Below, in pieces: positions 46,027-55,499 of a DNA stretch of 64,000 nucleotides. The stretch comes from Demequina sp. Its GTDB lineage: Bacteria; Actinomycetota; Actinomycetes; Actinomycetales; Demequinaceae. The notes below the pieces were generated by a model, which was not told the origin of the DNA, did not search any database, and saw only the letters and a program-made list of their open reading frames with translations. A program made the position numbers and the translations under genes. The stretch spans positions 13,579 through 77,578 of the forward strand of contig NZ_JADQBF010000028.1 of the NCBI RefSeq assembly GCF_016278775.1. The letters are read 5' to 3'. Position 1 is the stretch's first letter; the number at the start of each line of letters is the position of its first letter.

Positions 46027-47415
46027 CTAGGTCGTGGCGGGTGGCGCCGGGTTGCGCACCCCCAGCCACGAGACCACCCCGCCGAGTGCCAGCAACACCG
46101 CCACAAACACGGCCGCACGGTGGAAGCCAGCGAGGTCCAGTTCGCCGCCTACCACCGCACCCAGCGCCGCGACTGCCACCAGGCTCGCCACGCGCGCGAT
46201 CGCGTTGTTGACGGCCGAGCCGATGCCGGAGCGGGAGGAATCGATGGCGCCCAACACGGCGGCGGTCAGGGGCGACACCGTCGCGGCCAGCCCCACGCCA
46301 AACAGCAGCACGCCCGGCAGCAGCTGCGTCCAATACGAGAACGGCTCCGTGACCCTCAACATCAGCAAGGCGCCACCTGCCATCGCTAGCGGACCGAACG
46401 TCATGAACCACCGCGGACCCACGCGACCGGCTACGGCACCGGCGCGCGAGCTGAGCACCACGAGCGCGAGCGTGATCGGCATCGTCGCCAAACCCGCCGC
46501 CGTCGCGCTCAGCCCCGCGCGCTCCTGGAGGTACACGGACACCACAAATCCGTTCAGGCCGAGCGCCCCATAGACCAGCAAGGTGGCGAGATTGCCCCAC
46601 GCGAAGTTGCGCGCCGCGAACAGGGTCAGCGGCAGCATCGGCTGCGCAATGCGCGCCTGACGCCACACAAACCACGCGAACACCGCGGCCCCGGCAAGCC
46701 CCGAACCCCACACCGTGGGGCTGGACCACCCCAGGTTGGGCTGCTCGATCAGCGCGAACACCGCGCCTCCCAACCCGAGCGCGCACAGGGCCGCCGAGAC
46801 CAAGTCCACGCGGGCGTCGTCCCGGCGTACGTCGCGCGCCTCGACGCGCGCCAGCAGCAACAGCGCCGCGCCTATCGGCACCACGTTGATGAGGAATGCC
46901 AGCCGCCACGACGCAAGATCGACCGCGAGCCCTCCCAGTAGCGGGCCGGCGATCATGGCACCGGACGTGGCCGCGGTCCAGGTGCCGATGGCCCTGCCAC
47001 GCTCCGCGCCGTCAAAGGAGGACATGATGAGCGCCAGCGAGGACGGCACCAGCATGGCCCCAGCCACGCCTTGCACCAGGCGAGCCACGATCAAGACGCC
47101 AGCGGTGGGCGCGGCCGCGATCGCCACGGAGGCGATGCCGAACAGGATGAGGCCGATGCGTAGCACCCGCTGGCGTCCAAAGGCGTCCGACACTGATCCG
47201 GCGACCAGAATGAGTGAGCCGAGCGTCAACAGGTAGGCGTCCACCGTCCACTGTTGGGTGGTGAGGCCGCCGCCCAGCTGATCGACAATCGCAGGCAGCG
47301 CCACGGTGACGACGCTCATGTCGAGGAACGCGACAAAGCTGGCCGTGATGGCGATGGCAAGGATGAGGCGTTGCTGAGGGCTTCTGGCAGCGCCGGTAAC
47401 GGTGCGGGACACCAC
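46027..47415 (-). CDS. MFS transporter (DHA2, 14-TM type)
   Basis: FVAFLDMSVVTVALP, GSVSDAFGRQR, WRLAFLINVVPIG. Confidence 0.92.
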   Translation of the reverse strand: MVSRTVTGAARSPQQRLILAIAITASFVAFLDMSVVTVALPAIVDQLGGGLTTQQWTVDAYLLTLGSLILVAGSVSDAFGRQRVLRIGLILFGIASVAIAAAPTAGVLIVARLVQGVAGAMLVPSSLALIMSSFDGAERGRAIGTWTAATSGAMIAGPLLGGLAVDLASWRLAFLINVVPIGAALLLLARVEARDVRRDDARVDLVSAALCALGLGGAVFALIEQPNLGWSSPTVWGSGLAGAAVFAWFVWRQARIAQPMLPLTLFAARNFAWGNLATLLVYGALGLNGFVVSVYLQERAGLSATAAGLATMPITLALVVLSSRAGAVAGRVGPRWFMTFGPLAMAGGALLMLRVTEPFSYWTQLLPGVLLFGVGLAATVSPLTAAVLGAIDSSRSGIGSAVNNAIARVASLVAVAALGAVVGGELDLAGFHRAAVFVAVLLALGGVVSWLGVRNPAPPATT

Positions 47416-47484
47416 TTCAGACTAGGTGCGACGCGAACGGCGCGGGCGACGGCGTCGTCTCCCGTGTCCCGCTACCGTGGCGGC

Positions 47485-47952
47485 ATGGGAATCCTGGACC
47501 GCTTTCGCCGCAACCGCCCCATGTCCGAGTCCGAGCTCGACGAGCGTTCGCAAGTGGACGGCATCAAGTACCGGGACCTGCAAGTGGTGGGCCAGTTGAC
47601 GCAGATGGGGGCAGACCTCAAGGCCCCGCGTCACACCATCTTCTACCTGTACTTCCCTGCGCAGGCCACCGCCACGGCCGCCGCCGACGCGCTACGTGCC
47701 GCGGGAATGGCCGTCACCGTTGGCCCCATGCCGGAGGACTACCTGGCGGAGCACCCGGACGCCCCCAACCCGTGGCGGGTCACGGCCGAGCGCTCCGACA
47801 AGGCCCTCGTGCCCGACTTTCTGCGCGACATGATCGACCAATGCGCAGCGGTGGCCGAGGAGTTTGGCGGCGAGTACGACGGCTGGGAGTGCGGGCTTAA
47901 CGATGCCGAGCAGGCGATGATCAAGGCGCAGCAGGAGCAACGGCGGCAGTAG
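47485..47952 (+). CDS. RraB-like (ribonuclease E inhibitor B domain) protein
   Basis: GADLKAPRHTIFYLYF..AAADAL..GGEYDGWE pattern. Confidence 0.65.
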   Translation: MGILDRFRRNRPMSESELDERSQVDGIKYRDLQVVGQLTQMGADLKAPRHTIFYLYFPAQATATAAADALRAAGMAVTVGPMPEDYLAEHPDAPNPWRVTAERSDKALVPDFLRDMIDQCAAVAEEFGGEYDGWECGLNDAEQAMIKAQQEQRRQ

Positions 47953-48006
47953 TAACCCGGCGGCGTGGCTCTTGCGGCTTTCGCCGCTTCGTGCACACCA
48001 TGAGGA

Positions 48007-49749
48007 ATGAGATTCCTCGGTCGTTCCAGGAGTGAGACCCGTCGCGAGGTCGAGGCGTTGCGCGCCAGGCCGCACACCAGCGTGCTGGTGATCGGCGGCG
48101 GCATCAATGGGATTTCCGTGTTCCGCGACCTTGCGCTGCAGGGCGTGGACGTCACCTTGGTGGAGCGCGGCGACCTGGCTGCCCAGACGTCGGCGGCGTC
48201 TTCACGCATGATTCACGGGGGCCTGCGCTACCTCGAGTACGGGGAGTTCCGGCTGGTGCGCGAGTCCGTCGAGGAACGCAATCGCCTGCTGGCGGCCGCC
48301 CCTCACCACGTGCGCCCGCTCGCCACCACCGTCCCCATCCGCAGCGTGTTCGGCGGCCTGGTGGCCGCGCCCACGCGGTTCCTCACCGGCCGCAAGCCGC
48401 GCCGCCACACGGAGCGCGGGGCGCTGCTGGTCAAGGCGGGCCTCAGCTTGTACGACACCTACTCGCGCATCGGCCGCGCGCCAGACGGCACCGCCGTACC
48501 CCGCCACCACTTCGCTGGCCCCCGCCGCAGCAGGCGCGAGTTGCCTGACCTTCACCCGGCTACGCGGTTCACCGCCACCTACTTTGACGCGGCCGTCCAC
48601 GCGCCGGAGCGGCTCGCGCTCGAGGTGGCGCGCGACGGCCTCGAGCACGGCCTGAGCGCGCGGCTGGCCACCTACGTGAGTGCAGTCGGCACGGACGACG
48701 GCACGGTCACCTTGCGTGACGAGGTCAGTGGCGACACGTTCGCCATGCGCGCCGACGTGGTGGTCAATGCGTCCGGCCCGTTCACCGACCTCACCAATGC
48801 GGCGCTCGGCACCCCCACCGATTACATGGGCGGCACCAAGGGCTCTCACCTGGTGCTCGACCATCCCGTGCTGTTGCGCGCGTGCCGCGGGCGCGAGATC
48901 TTCTTTGAGAATGCCGACGGCCGCATCGTGCTGGTGTACCCCATGGGCGGCCGCGTGATCGTGGGCACGTCGGACATTCCGGCCGACGCGCGCGAGGTGG
49001 CCGTCTGCACCGAGGATGAGGTGGACTACTTCATCGACCTGGTCGCCAGGGTGTTTCCCCACATCCCGGTGACTCGCGAACACATCGTGTACCGCTTTGC
49101 CGGCATCCGACCCCTTCCCCGCCAGGACGACGCGGAGCCGGGGCGCATCAGCCGCGACTACGCCGTGCGGGAGGGCGCGCTGCCGGACGCAGAGGACGTG
49201 GCCGTGCTCAGCATCGTCGGCGGGAAATGGACCACGTTCAGGGCGCTGGGCGAGCAGGTGGCTGACCTGGTGCTGGACGTCTTGGGACTGAACCGCGCCG
49301 CCTCCACTGCTGGCCGCGTGATCGGCGGTGGCGTGGGGCTTCCTGCCGCCGACGACCGCGACGAGTGGATCGCGCACCACCTGTCTCGCGTCACGACGCA
49401 GCGGGGACGCGTGCTGTTGGCGCGGTATGGCACGCGCGCCGTGGAGGTCGCCGACGCGGAGGCTGGCACGCCCGCTTTGCGGACGGCGCCCGGCTACACG
49501 CGCGGAGAGGTCGAGCACCTGGCACGCGAGGAGCACGTGGTGCGGCTGAGCGACGTGGCGCTGCGCAGAACATCGCTCGCGTTCGAGGGCGCGCTCAGCA
49601 TCGCGGTGCTCGACGAACTGGCCGACGCCGTGGGCGCCGCGCTGGGCTGGAGCGGGGGACGCAGACGACGCGAGGTGAAGGCAGTGGTGGAGGAGATGTC
49701 CACGCGGCACGGCGTGCGGCTGAGGTCACGCGCTGGAGTGGAGGCATGA
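48007..49749 (+). CDS. glpD: Glycerol-3-phosphate dehydrogenase (FAD-dependent)
   Basis: [44 protein letters not shown]. Confidence 0.93.
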   Translation: MRFLGRSRSETRREVEALRARPHTSVLVIGGGINGISVFRDLALQGVDVTLVERGDLAAQTSAASSRMIHGGLRYLEYGEFRLVRESVEERNRLLAAAPHHVRPLATTVPIRSVFGGLVAAPTRFLTGRKPRRHTERGALLVKAGLSLYDTYSRIGRAPDGTAVPRHHFAGPRRSRRELPDLHPATRFTATYFDAAVHAPERLALEVARDGLEHGLSARLATYVSAVGTDDGTVTLRDEVSGDTFAMRADVVVNASGPFTDLTNAALGTPTDYMGGTKGSHLVLDHPVLLRACRGREIFFENADGRIVLVYPMGGRVIVGTSDIPADAREVAVCTEDEVDYFIDLVARVFPHIPVTREHIVYRFAGIRPLPRQDDAEPGRISRDYAVREGALPDAEDVAVLSIVGGKWTTFRALGEQVADLVLDVLGLNRAASTAGRVIGGGVGLPAADDRDEWIAHHLSRVTTQRGRVLLARYGTRAVEVADAEAGTPALRTAPGYTRGEVEHLAREEHVVRLSDVALRRTSLAFEGALSIAVLDELADAVGAALGWSGGRRRREVKAVVEEMSTRHGVRLRSRAGVEA

Positions 49750-51263
49750 GCGGCGACTATGTGATCGCGATCGACCAAGGCACCACCTCCACGCGGGCGA
49801 TCGTCTTCGACCACGCCGGCGCGATCGTGTCGACTGGCCAACTGGAGCATCGGCAGTTCCTGCCGCGTGCGGGCTGGGTCGAGCACGATCCTGCAGAGAT
49901 CTGGGCCAATACCAGGCGGGTCATCGGCGAGGCGCTCTCGAGTGCCGACATCACCCGCCAGCAGATCGCGGCGGTGGGCATCACCAATCAGCGCGAGACC
50001 ACGGTGGTGTGGGACCGCCACACTGGAAAGCCCGTCTACAACGCGATCGTGTGGCAAGACACCCGCACCCAGAGCATCGTCGATGCCTTGGCGGCCGACG
50101 GTGGTGACGACAGGTTCCGCGGGCAGACGGGCCTGCCGCTCGCCACCTACTTCTCCGGCACCAAGATCCGCTGGATTCTCGACAACGTGGACGGCGCCAG
50201 GGAACGCGCGGAGGCTGGCGACCTGCTGTTCGGCACCACCGACTCGTGGTTGCTGTGGCACCTCACTGGCGGGACGAGCGGCGGCCTGCACGCCACGGAC
50301 GTGACCAACGCGTCGCGCACCCTATTGATGGACCTGGACACTCTCGACTGGGATGAGGGCCTGTTGGCGGCCTTCACGGTGCCGCGCGCGATGATGCCGC
50401 AGATTCGATCGTCGTCTGAGGTGTACGGCACGGTGGGCGGGCACTCGCTGCTGCGCGGGGTGCCGGTCGCGGGGATCCTGGGCGACCAACAGGCCGCGAC
50501 CTTTGGGCAGGCGGCGTTCGAGAAGGGCGAGTCGAAGAACACCTACGGAACGGGCAACTTCATCATCGTGGGGACGGGCGCCGAACGGGTGGCGTCGGAG
50601 CACGGCCTCATCACTACGGTGGCCTACCGCCTGGACGGCCAGCCAGCCAGGTATGCGCTGGAGGGCTCGATCGCAGTGACCGGCTCCCTGGTGCAGTGGG
50701 TGCGGGACAACCTGGGGATGATCTCTTCCGCCAGCGAGATCGAGAAGCTTGCCGCCGCAGTGGAGGACAACGGTGGGGCGTACATCGTGCCCGCCTTCTC
50801 CGGACTGTTCGCCCCGTACTGGCGGCCAGACGCACGCGGCGCCGTGGTGGGACTCACGCGCTTTGTCACCAAGGAGCACTTGGCGCGCGCCGTGTTGGAG
50901 GCCACCGCGTTCCAGACGCGCGACGTGATCGAGGCCGTGGAGGCTGACACCGGCGTGCGGGTTCAGGAGTTGCGCGTTGATGGCGGGATGACCGTCAACT
51001 CACTCCTCATGCAGACCCAGGCAGATGTGTTGGGGATTGACGTGGTGCGGCCGGTGGTGGCGGAGACGACGGCGCTGGGCGCGGCCTACGCGGCGGGACT
51101 GGCGGTCGGGTTCTGGTCGGGTTTGGACGAGTTGAGGGCGCAGTGGCGCGAGGACGCGCGGTGGTCCCCAGCGATGCCTCGCGATGAGGCCGAACGGATG
51201 TACCGCAACTGGCGCAAGGCGGTGAAGCGCACCCTCGACTGGGTGGACGACGACGTGGACTGA
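49746..51263 (+). CDS. glpK: Glycerol kinase
   Basis: [43 protein letters not shown]. Confidence 0.97.
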   Translation: MSGDYVIAIDQGTTSTRAIVFDHAGAIVSTGQLEHRQFLPRAGWVEHDPAEIWANTRRVIGEALSSADITRQQIAAVGITNQRETTVVWDRHTGKPVYNAIVWQDTRTQSIVDALAADGGDDRFRGQTGLPLATYFSGTKIRWILDNVDGARERAEAGDLLFGTTDSWLLWHLTGGTSGGLHATDVTNASRTLLMDLDTLDWDEGLLAAFTVPRAMMPQIRSSSEVYGTVGGHSLLRGVPVAGILGDQQAATFGQAAFEKGESKNTYGTGNFIIVGTGAERVASEHGLITTVAYRLDGQPARYALEGSIAVTGSLVQWVRDNLGMISSASEIEKLAAAVEDNGGAYIVPAFSGLFAPYWRPDARGAVVGLTRFVTKEHLARAVLEATAFQTRDVIEAVEADTGVRVQELRVDGGMTVNSLLMQTQADVLGIDVVRPVVAETTALGAAYAAGLAVGFWSGLDELRAQWREDARWSPAMPRDEAERMYRNWRKAVKRTLDWVDDDVD

Positions 51264-51304
51264 GCCGTCAGCGTCGGGCCCCAGCGTCGGCCGGGGTATG
51301 GCGG

Positions 51305-51535
51305 TCAGCCGATGCCGACGGAGCGCTGCGCGTTGATCATGCGCACCTGGCTGGGCAGGGTGAAGAGGTCGATGAGCCACATGATGCCGAAGACTCCGCC
51401 GGTGAGCAGATAGATCACGCCCCGCAGGATCTTGCCCAAGTAGAAGTGGTGCACGCCAAGAACGCCGAGAAAGAACCACAGGATGTAGGCGATGGCGAGG
51501 TCCTTGGGGGGAAGGACGGGCTGGCTCGCGTTCAT
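51305..51535 (-). CDS. TM2 domain protein
   Basis: AYILWFFLGVLGVHHFYLGK..WLIDLF. Confidence 0.92.
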   Translation of the reverse strand: MNASQPVLPPKDLAIAYILWFFLGVLGVHHFYLGKILRGVIYLLTGGVFGIMWLIDLFTLPSQVRMINAQRSVGIG

Positions 51536-51669
51536 GATTGCTCCTAGGCGTGGGTCTGATGAGTGAGCGGTACTTTTGTACGCTTTTGTGCCGTTTTGTG
51601 CTCGTCGATCCGAATCTCGTCCCTCTTTATCACCTTTCTCCGCTGGCAAACAGGCCTTTGGTCTATTAC

Positions 51670-51685
51670 TGTGACATTGGCCACA
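51670..51685. promoter_or_regulatory. CRP/GlxR-like box
   Basis: TGTGA-CATTGG-CCACA (9/10 conserved positions of TGTGA-N6-TCACA). Confidence 0.6.
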
Positions 51686-51758
51686 CACCGCGTGTTGCCA
51701 CCGTTCGGACCCGGGCCCGCACATGACCCGCCTCCGGTAGCTGAGGAGCTCGAGAACA

Positions 51759-54281
51759 ATGTCGCCCACTGTCGCGCGCACATCTTCCTTCAGGCGCATC
51801 GCCGCCGCGATCGTTGTGACGCTGATCGCCACCATGGGGATCACCGTCGCCAGCAGCCCCACCGCGAGTGCCGATACGGGTCCGTTCTCCGACGACCACA
51901 TCTCCGTCACGGTCTCCGGCATGTCCATCAGCACCGACTACTCCGTTGTGGGCCGTCCCGACATTGGCGACATCGTGAGCGCCGATGTCACGGTGATCGC
52001 TGGGGACAAGGATGTCTCGCTCGCAGCCATCCTGTGGGACGACTCGCTCGTCCCCTACGGCCTTGGCACACAGATCCCCGCAGGTGAGAGCCGGACCGTC
52101 ACCGTCTACAAGCTCGTTACCCGCGACAAGCTCGGCCACCTCGGTGAGGGGCCCTTCTTCGACGACATCAGCGTGTCATACGGGTACAGGTCGGGAACGA
52201 ATTTCCTCGGCTGGCCCACCTACAGCTGGACGTCCCTCACCGTCGATAGCCCTCCCCCGTTCTATGCGCCAGGCGCCCCGTTCACCGTGGCAACCACGAT
52301 CGACATCACGGAGACCGGCGTCGTCGACGGCTTGGTGCGCGAGGGCGACACCGTCGGCTACACCACTACGGTGACCAACACGTCTGGCTACGTCATGGTG
52401 CTCGATGCTCTACCTGGCTACGACGACTTCACAGCACCCGTCACCCTCGATGACGGTGAATCTGCCACCTTCCATCGCACCCCCGTGGCGGTGACGTACA
52501 ACGACATGGTCGCGGGCCTGGTCGACTTCCCGGACACCCAACTTGAGTGGAGCGCGGACTTCACCGTGATCCCGGACCTCATCACCATCGCGGACTTGTA
52601 CACGGGCACGTTCCCCGTGCCGGTAGGGGCCGCAACCACCGAGACGATCAACACCACATTCGATTCCTCAGTGACCTACACGGTGAACACTGCGGCGGGC
52701 GCAAACGTCCCTCTGGGGGACGCGGTGGCTGGCGATGTCATCGACTTTGTGGTGGGCGCCACCAACACTGGCAACGTCACCATGAACTACGTGGGCATTG
52801 CACTCGACGGTTCGTGGGGACCGGCCGCCGACGCCAAGTCGAAGAACAACAGCGCGTTCCTCGCTGGCACCTCGCTTCCCAACGGCACCGTCAAGGCCAA
52901 GCACCTGAAGTCCTCCGGCAACGGCATCTTCGAGCCGTACACGCTCACCCCCACCGATGTCGCCCTCGGCTATGTCGATCTGACCACGAGCGTCCAGGTA
53001 GCCCCGTCTCAGGCGCTGTTTGACGGGGACCCCGCTTCCTACACGCACACCGCATCCGAGCGCGTGTTCCTCAGGGAGTTCAACACCAAGGCGCAGCTCA
53101 GGTTCACCAAGGCGCAACTCAACGACACCAACGGCGACGGCATCGGCCAAGAGGGCGAGACCATCACGTACCGGGTCCGGTTCAAGAACAACGCAGACCA
53201 GTCCCTACTCATCGACTCCGCCTACGACGCCGCTGGCTCCGACATCGCGACGCCGGTGGGCGGCCACTTCACGGGCAAGACTCGCGCTCCAGGCAACACC
53301 ATCGCCAAGAAGTGGACGCACACGATCACCGCTGCTGACGAGGCCCGCGGCTCGATCGACGTGGGCGTCACCACCGACTACACGGGCCAGGCCGACTGGG
53401 CGACCAACTCGCGCACCAAGTGGGCGCCCACCATCGCGACGGGTCCCTACGTGGCCCCGCCCACCACGCTGGACACCTCGGCCACGTACGTCGACGGCAA
53501 TGGTGATGGCTTCCCGTCCATCGGCGAGACGGTGACGGTCACGGTCACGGCGGCCAACATTGGCACGTACCCGCTCACCGGGCTGGTGGTGACGGACGCC
53601 GCTGGCTCCGACGTGACTGGCCTGCTGCCGGCGTTCTCCGGCACCATCGCGGCTGGCAGCTCCGAGACCCAGACGTTCACGTACGTGCTCACCGCGCCGG
53701 ACTTCGCTCGCGGCTCGCTCGCCTACTCGACCGAAATGACGGCCGATGGCATGGCAACCACGGCGTCATCCACGTCGGTGAACCTCACGGACATCACGTT
53801 CCAGGCCTACGCGAGCGATCTGCTCACGATGGCGGAAGGCGGCATCTCCGTGTGCCTTCCGGACCTCACACCCACGTCAACCGTGGTGATCGGTAACTCG
53901 GTCACCGTGACGCCTGGCGCCTCCTGTGTCTTCGGCGGCGCGCCAGACGACTACCGGGTGGTCGGCTTCTCCACCCCGATGGTGTTGGGCACCCACACGT
54001 TCTCCGTGGTGGTGCCTGGGGCCATGGGTGTGGGCGCTCACAGCCTGGGGCTCTATGGGCCCGACGGTGAGCTCGTGGGCTGGAAGGCCGTGACGGTCAA
54101 GGACCCGATCGCCTTCTCTGGTCGCGGTCGCACTGACGGCGGCGCGCTCGCCTACACCGGGCTCAACGAGGACGGCATCGCGGTTCTCGCTGGCGGCGCG
54201 GCGGCGTTGGTGCTGCTGGGCACGGCATCGATGGTGGTGGGGCTGCGACCGCGGCGTACGGGGACCACCCCGGCACTCTAA
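51759..54281 (+). CDS. Secreted repeat protein with sortase-type C-terminal signal (LAYTG)
   Basis: Signal peptide, Ig-like repeats with DxNGDG loops (DTNGDGIGQEGE, DGNGDGFPSIGE), LAYTG + TM + basic tail. Confidence 0.85.
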   Translation: MSPTVARTSSFRRIAAAIVVTLIATMGITVASSPTASADTGPFSDDHISVTVSGMSISTDYSVVGRPDIGDIVSADVTVIAGDKDVSLAAILWDDSLVPYGLGTQIPAGESRTVTVYKLVTRDKLGHLGEGPFFDDISVSYGYRSGTNFLGWPTYSWTSLTVDSPPPFYAPGAPFTVATTIDITETGVVDGLVREGDTVGYTTTVTNTSGYVMVLDALPGYDDFTAPVTLDDGESATFHRTPVAVTYNDMVAGLVDFPDTQLEWSADFTVIPDLITIADLYTGTFPVPVGAATTETINTTFDSSVTYTVNTAAGANVPLGDAVAGDVIDFVVGATNTGNVTMNYVGIALDGSWGPAADAKSKNNSAFLAGTSLPNGTVKAKHLKSSGNGIFEPYTLTPTDVALGYVDLTTSVQVAPSQALFDGDPASYTHTASERVFLREFNTKAQLRFTKAQLNDTNGDGIGQEGETITYRVRFKNNADQSLLIDSAYDAAGSDIATPVGGHFTGKTRAPGNTIAKKWTHTITAADEARGSIDVGVTTDYTGQADWATNSRTKWAPTIATGPYVAPPTTLDTSATYVDGNGDGFPSIGETVTVTVTAANIGTYPLTGLVVTDAAGSDVTGLLPAFSGTIAAGSSETQTFTYVLTAPDFARGSLAYSTEMTADGMATTASSTSVNLTDITFQAYASDLLTMAEGGISVCLPDLTPTSTVVIGNSVTVTPGASCVFGGAPDDYRVVGFSTPMVLGTHTFSVVVPGAMGVGAHSLGLYGPDGELVGWKAVTVKDPIAFSGRGRTDGGALAYTGLNEDGIAVLAGGAAALVLLGTASMVVGLRPRRTGTTPAL

Positions 54282-54296
54282 GCTCCGAACACGCCA

Positions 54297-54338
54297 GCAG
54301 AGGCGGGCGCCGTCGTTGAGGGCGGCACCCGCCTCTGC
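54297..54338 (+). terminator. Hairpin after the surface protein gene
   Basis: GCAGAGGCGGG...CCCGCCTCTGC 11-bp perfect stem. Confidence 0.7.
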
Positions 54339-54389
54339 GCGTGGGGGCGTTAGGGTCGTAGTCTGCTTTCCCGTCCCCCGGAGGTTGCC

Positions 54390-55319
54390 ATGCCGGCGTA
54401 TGAACTCGACGGCCGCCTCGTGGTGGGCGTGGCGTCGAGCGCGCTGTTCGACCTGACGGAGTCCGATGCGTACTTTCGGGCGCATGGCGAGGCCGCCTAC
54501 GCCGAGTATCAGGACCGGCTGTTGGACACGCCCTTGGAGCGCGGGCCAGCGTTCCCGTTCATCGAGCGGCTGCTGCAGCTCAACGATATTCGCCCAGGGG
54601 ACCCGCTGGTCGAGGTGATCGTGCTGTCGCGCAACGACGCCTCGACTGGCCTGCGGGTGATGCGCTCCATCGAGCATCACGCCCTGCCTGTGACGCGCGC
54701 GGTGTTCACTCAGGGTCGCTCGCCGCTGGACTACATCGGCGCGCTCGGCATGAGCCTGTTCCTGTCTTCCCACAGGGACGACGTGCTGACCGCAGTGCGC
54801 GGTGGGCATCCCGCCGGGTACGTGTTGCCCCACACCGCCGCCTACGACGACGCCGATCGGTCCTTGCGCATCGCCTTCGACTTTGACGCGGTGCTGGCCA
54901 CCGACGAGTCGGAGCGCGTCTTCCAGACAGAGGGGATGGCGGGGTTTGTGGCGAACGAGGTGGCCAAGCGGGACGTGGCGCACTCGCCCGGGCTGCTGCA
55001 GCCGCTGGTGGCTGACCTGAACCGCATTCAGAGGCTCGAGCAGGAATTGCAGGCCGCGGACCCCACGTATGAGCCGCGCGTGCGCATCGCGCTGGTGACG
55101 GCGCGGGCGGCCCCTGCACATGAGCGGGCCGTGCACTCGCTGAGGTCATGGGGAGTGACCGTCAACGACGCGTTCTTCTTGGGCGGGATCGAGAAGCGGC
55201 GCGTGCTGGAGGTGCTGCGGCCGCACCTGTTCTTTGACGATCAGGACGGGCACCTGAGCGGGGCGTTGAAGCACGTCGCGGGCGTGCATGTGCCGTACGG
55301 AGTCGCGAACGAGGGCTGA
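54390..55319 (+). CDS. 5'-nucleotidase (cN-I-like family)
   Basis: LVVGVASSALFDL.ES, VEVIVLSRN, LRIAFDFDAVLA.DESE, HLFFDDQ. Confidence 0.9.
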   Translation: MPAYELDGRLVVGVASSALFDLTESDAYFRAHGEAAYAEYQDRLLDTPLERGPAFPFIERLLQLNDIRPGDPLVEVIVLSRNDASTGLRVMRSIEHHALPVTRAVFTQGRSPLDYIGALGMSLFLSSHRDDVLTAVRGGHPAGYVLPHTAAYDDADRSLRIAFDFDAVLATDESERVFQTEGMAGFVANEVAKRDVAHSPGLLQPLVADLNRIQRLEQELQAADPTYEPRVRIALVTARAAPAHERAVHSLRSWGVTVNDAFFLGGIEKRRVLEVLRPHLFFDDQDGHLSGALKHVAGVHVPYGVANEG

Positions 55320-55424
55320 GCCGCTAGGCGTCGCGTCCCTTTTGCCTGCCTTTGCGGCACCAGAAGTGAGCCGCTTCGCGTCAGTTCGGCAAAACTCCTG
55401 GTTACTAGGTCCTTAGTCCCGTAC

Positions 55425-55440
55425 TGTGGCGTACGTCACA
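55425..55440. promoter_or_regulatory. CRP/GlxR-like box
   Basis: TGTGG-CGTACG-TCACA (9/10 conserved positions). Confidence 0.6.
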
Positions 55441-55499
55441 GCCACCACGAGCCCCCACACCGACGCGGCGGCCCCCCTGGCTACTTCTGAGGAGTCACC

